NCBI GenBank assembly: GCA_030141605.1
Contig: JAQGDQ010000235.1
Location: 62,001-126,000, forward strand
Length of the DNA stretch: 64,000 bases
Direction of reading: 5' to 3'
From: Tubiluchus corallicola
Lineage: Eukaryota > Animalia > Priapulida
A program made the translations under genes and the position numbers. Shown in pieces: positions 61,901 through 64,000 of this stretch. Within the stretch, counting starts at the first letter, position 1, and the number at the start of each line of letters is the position of its first letter. A model generated the notes under the pieces. It had not been told where the DNA came from. It made no database searches and saw nothing but the letters and a program-made list of their open reading frames with translations.

Positions 61901-62641
61901 GCTAGGGTGTACAGGTGTATCTGTATGTCAGTCCTCACAGCTAGGGTGTACAGGTGTATCTGTATGTCAGTCCTAACAGCTAGGGTGTACAGGTGTATCT
62001 GTATGTCAGTCCTCACAGCTAGGGTGTACAGGTGTATCTGTATGTCAGTCCTCACAGCTAGGGTGTACAGGTGTATCTGTATGTCAGTCCTCACAGCTAG
62101 GGTGTACAGGTGTATCTGTATGTCAGTCCTCACAGTTAGGGTGTACAGGTGTATCTGTATGTCAGTCCTCACAGCTAGGGTGTACAGGTGTATCTGTATG
62201 TCAGTCCTCACAGCTAGGGTGTACAGGTGTATCTGTATGTCAGTCCTCACAGTTAGGGTGTACAGGTATATCTGTATGTCAGTCCTCACAGTTAGGGTGT
62301 ACAGGTGTATCTGTATGTCAGTCCTCACAGCTAGGGTGTACAGGTGTATCTGTATGTCAGTCCTCATAGCTAGGGTGTACAGGTGTATCTGTATGTCAGT
62401 CCTCACAGCTAGGGTGTACAGGTGTATCTGTATGTCAGTCCTCACAGTTAGGGTGTACAGGTGTATCTGTATGTCAGTCCTCACAGTTAGGGTGTACAGG
62501 TGTATCTGTATGTCAGTCCTCACAGTTAGGGTGTACAGGTGTATCTGTATGTCAGTCCTCACAGTTAGGGTGTACAGGTGTATCTGTATGTCAGTCCTCA
62601 CAGCTAGGGTGTACAGGTGTATCTGTATGTCAGTCCTCACA
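61901..62641. repeat. 39-bp minisatellite, about 19 copies, in UNC119 intron 1
   Basis: Unit g(c/t)tagggtgtacaggtgtatctgtatgtcagtcctcaca. Confidence 0.97.
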
Positions 62642-64000
62642 ATTAAAATTGGAATGGATACATGTGTAATAAGCCCTGGAAGATGTGGAAACTTATTGAT
62701 TTTTCGTTCAGAAGTTCAAAGTTCAAGGTCACAAGTTTGTTCTAGGAATCTAGATTCTTGTAGTCTTGTTTGCATAAATTATTGCAGTGTTTAAATCGCC
62801 TGTTCCGTGTTCGTAGTTCCTTTTAGAATTTTTTCTGTTTAACTATAATTTGTGCACACAGCCAAAGTACCAAAACTTAGAAAACATGATACGTACTGAT
62901 AGTATTTGATTATTCGTATCAGCGGATGAAATTAACTGCAGATGTTGGCCTATCTTCATTACATAACGAGACTTGTTCGCATTTTTGGAATGAATACCTA
63001 GCAATGGCATTTCTGTGCTCCGTGTGAATTACAGAATTTTCTCTATGCTGCAGTGCAGTAGCGGGTCGTGTATAGTTACTATGGTACTAGAGCACCCCTT
63101 GTTTTCAACTCATTGTTATAGATAATATTCAATATAATAAGTCTTTTTTGTTTAGTTCTTTTTATACTTGTGAGGAACCGGATCACGTGAGGGTAGTACA
63201 GTTTTTGCTTCACAGCACAAGCAACATGATATTTGATTATTGTGTGCATGCGGCCATGCACACATGTATGTCTGAGACAACACGTTAGACACTAGCGTTT
63301 GCTGCTAGGTAGAAAAGTACTGCCTCGAACACAGTAACAATTGCCATGTGATTACCGCGTAGCGTCATATTCTTGGATGTGATAAAGTGTAAACTTAGCA
63401 TGTGTGCTTAAAACATGAATTATTTAATAATGGATGCCTTGCATCCCCAATAAATAAGTTCTGTGACTGTAAGTGAACTACAACAGCTTAGTTTTTCACA
63501 GTTGTCTCTCCATGAGAAAGTTGCAGTTAAAAAAAGAGGCCTTTCAAATGTGACTAAAACATTAAAATTACATATCTTTATCACGTTTTACACAGTATTA
63601 AATCAACATCTAAAAATTTTCTGAAGCAGCACCCCCAGTAATTTTAGTCACGAGCCGCCACAGGTGCAGTATAATTCTCTTTTTGTAATTCTTTCAGTTA
63701 ATGGCTTCCCTTATGAATTCATCTCACCTGCCCACCTGAGTCTCGTCCTATTTCTTAATCTTACGATCTCGTTACTTACAGCTTCCCAAGTCTTATCATC
63801 TTAATAAAAAGATACGTTAGAATAACTTGCGGATGCGAAATTGTCACTTGGGTTGAATCATTTTGCTCGTACTAATGAGTTTTGGGGAACTGGGTGAATC
63901 ATTTGATCTGTAACCTGTGTAGATGAGGGACAGTGGGCTGAGAGACCAGGATTGTCTTGTTTTCCAGAAGTAGTTGCTGGCTTGTTTCTCTTATTTTTGA

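Overview
AT-rich, repeat-dense nuclear DNA of an animal, probably an invertebrate: GT-AG introns, micro/minisatellites, and LINE, Penelope, Gypsy, Tc1 and pogo relics. No prokaryotic systems or CRISPR arrays. Genes read from left to right: (1) an intronless TTC27 on the minus strand, running off the left edge and missing from the ORF track; (2) a 3-exon gene for a ~66-aa secreted peptide precursor; (3) a single-exon cadherin-like membrane protein whose tail appears frameshifted; (4) a head-to-head pair of 3-exon secreted C-type lectins; (5) an LRR + Thr-mucin stalk + TM receptor carrying one in-frame TGA and one frameshift; (6) a ~10-12 kb tandem duplication holding two C2H2 zinc-finger arrays with homogenised backbones but hypervariable DNA-contact residues; (7) the first coding exon of UNC119. 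A 5S-rRNA-headed SINE-like element and several large minisatellites are also present. Most long ORFs in the supplied track are minisatellite artefacts. All gene models were spliced by hand, and family assignments rest on remembered motifs rather than database searches.
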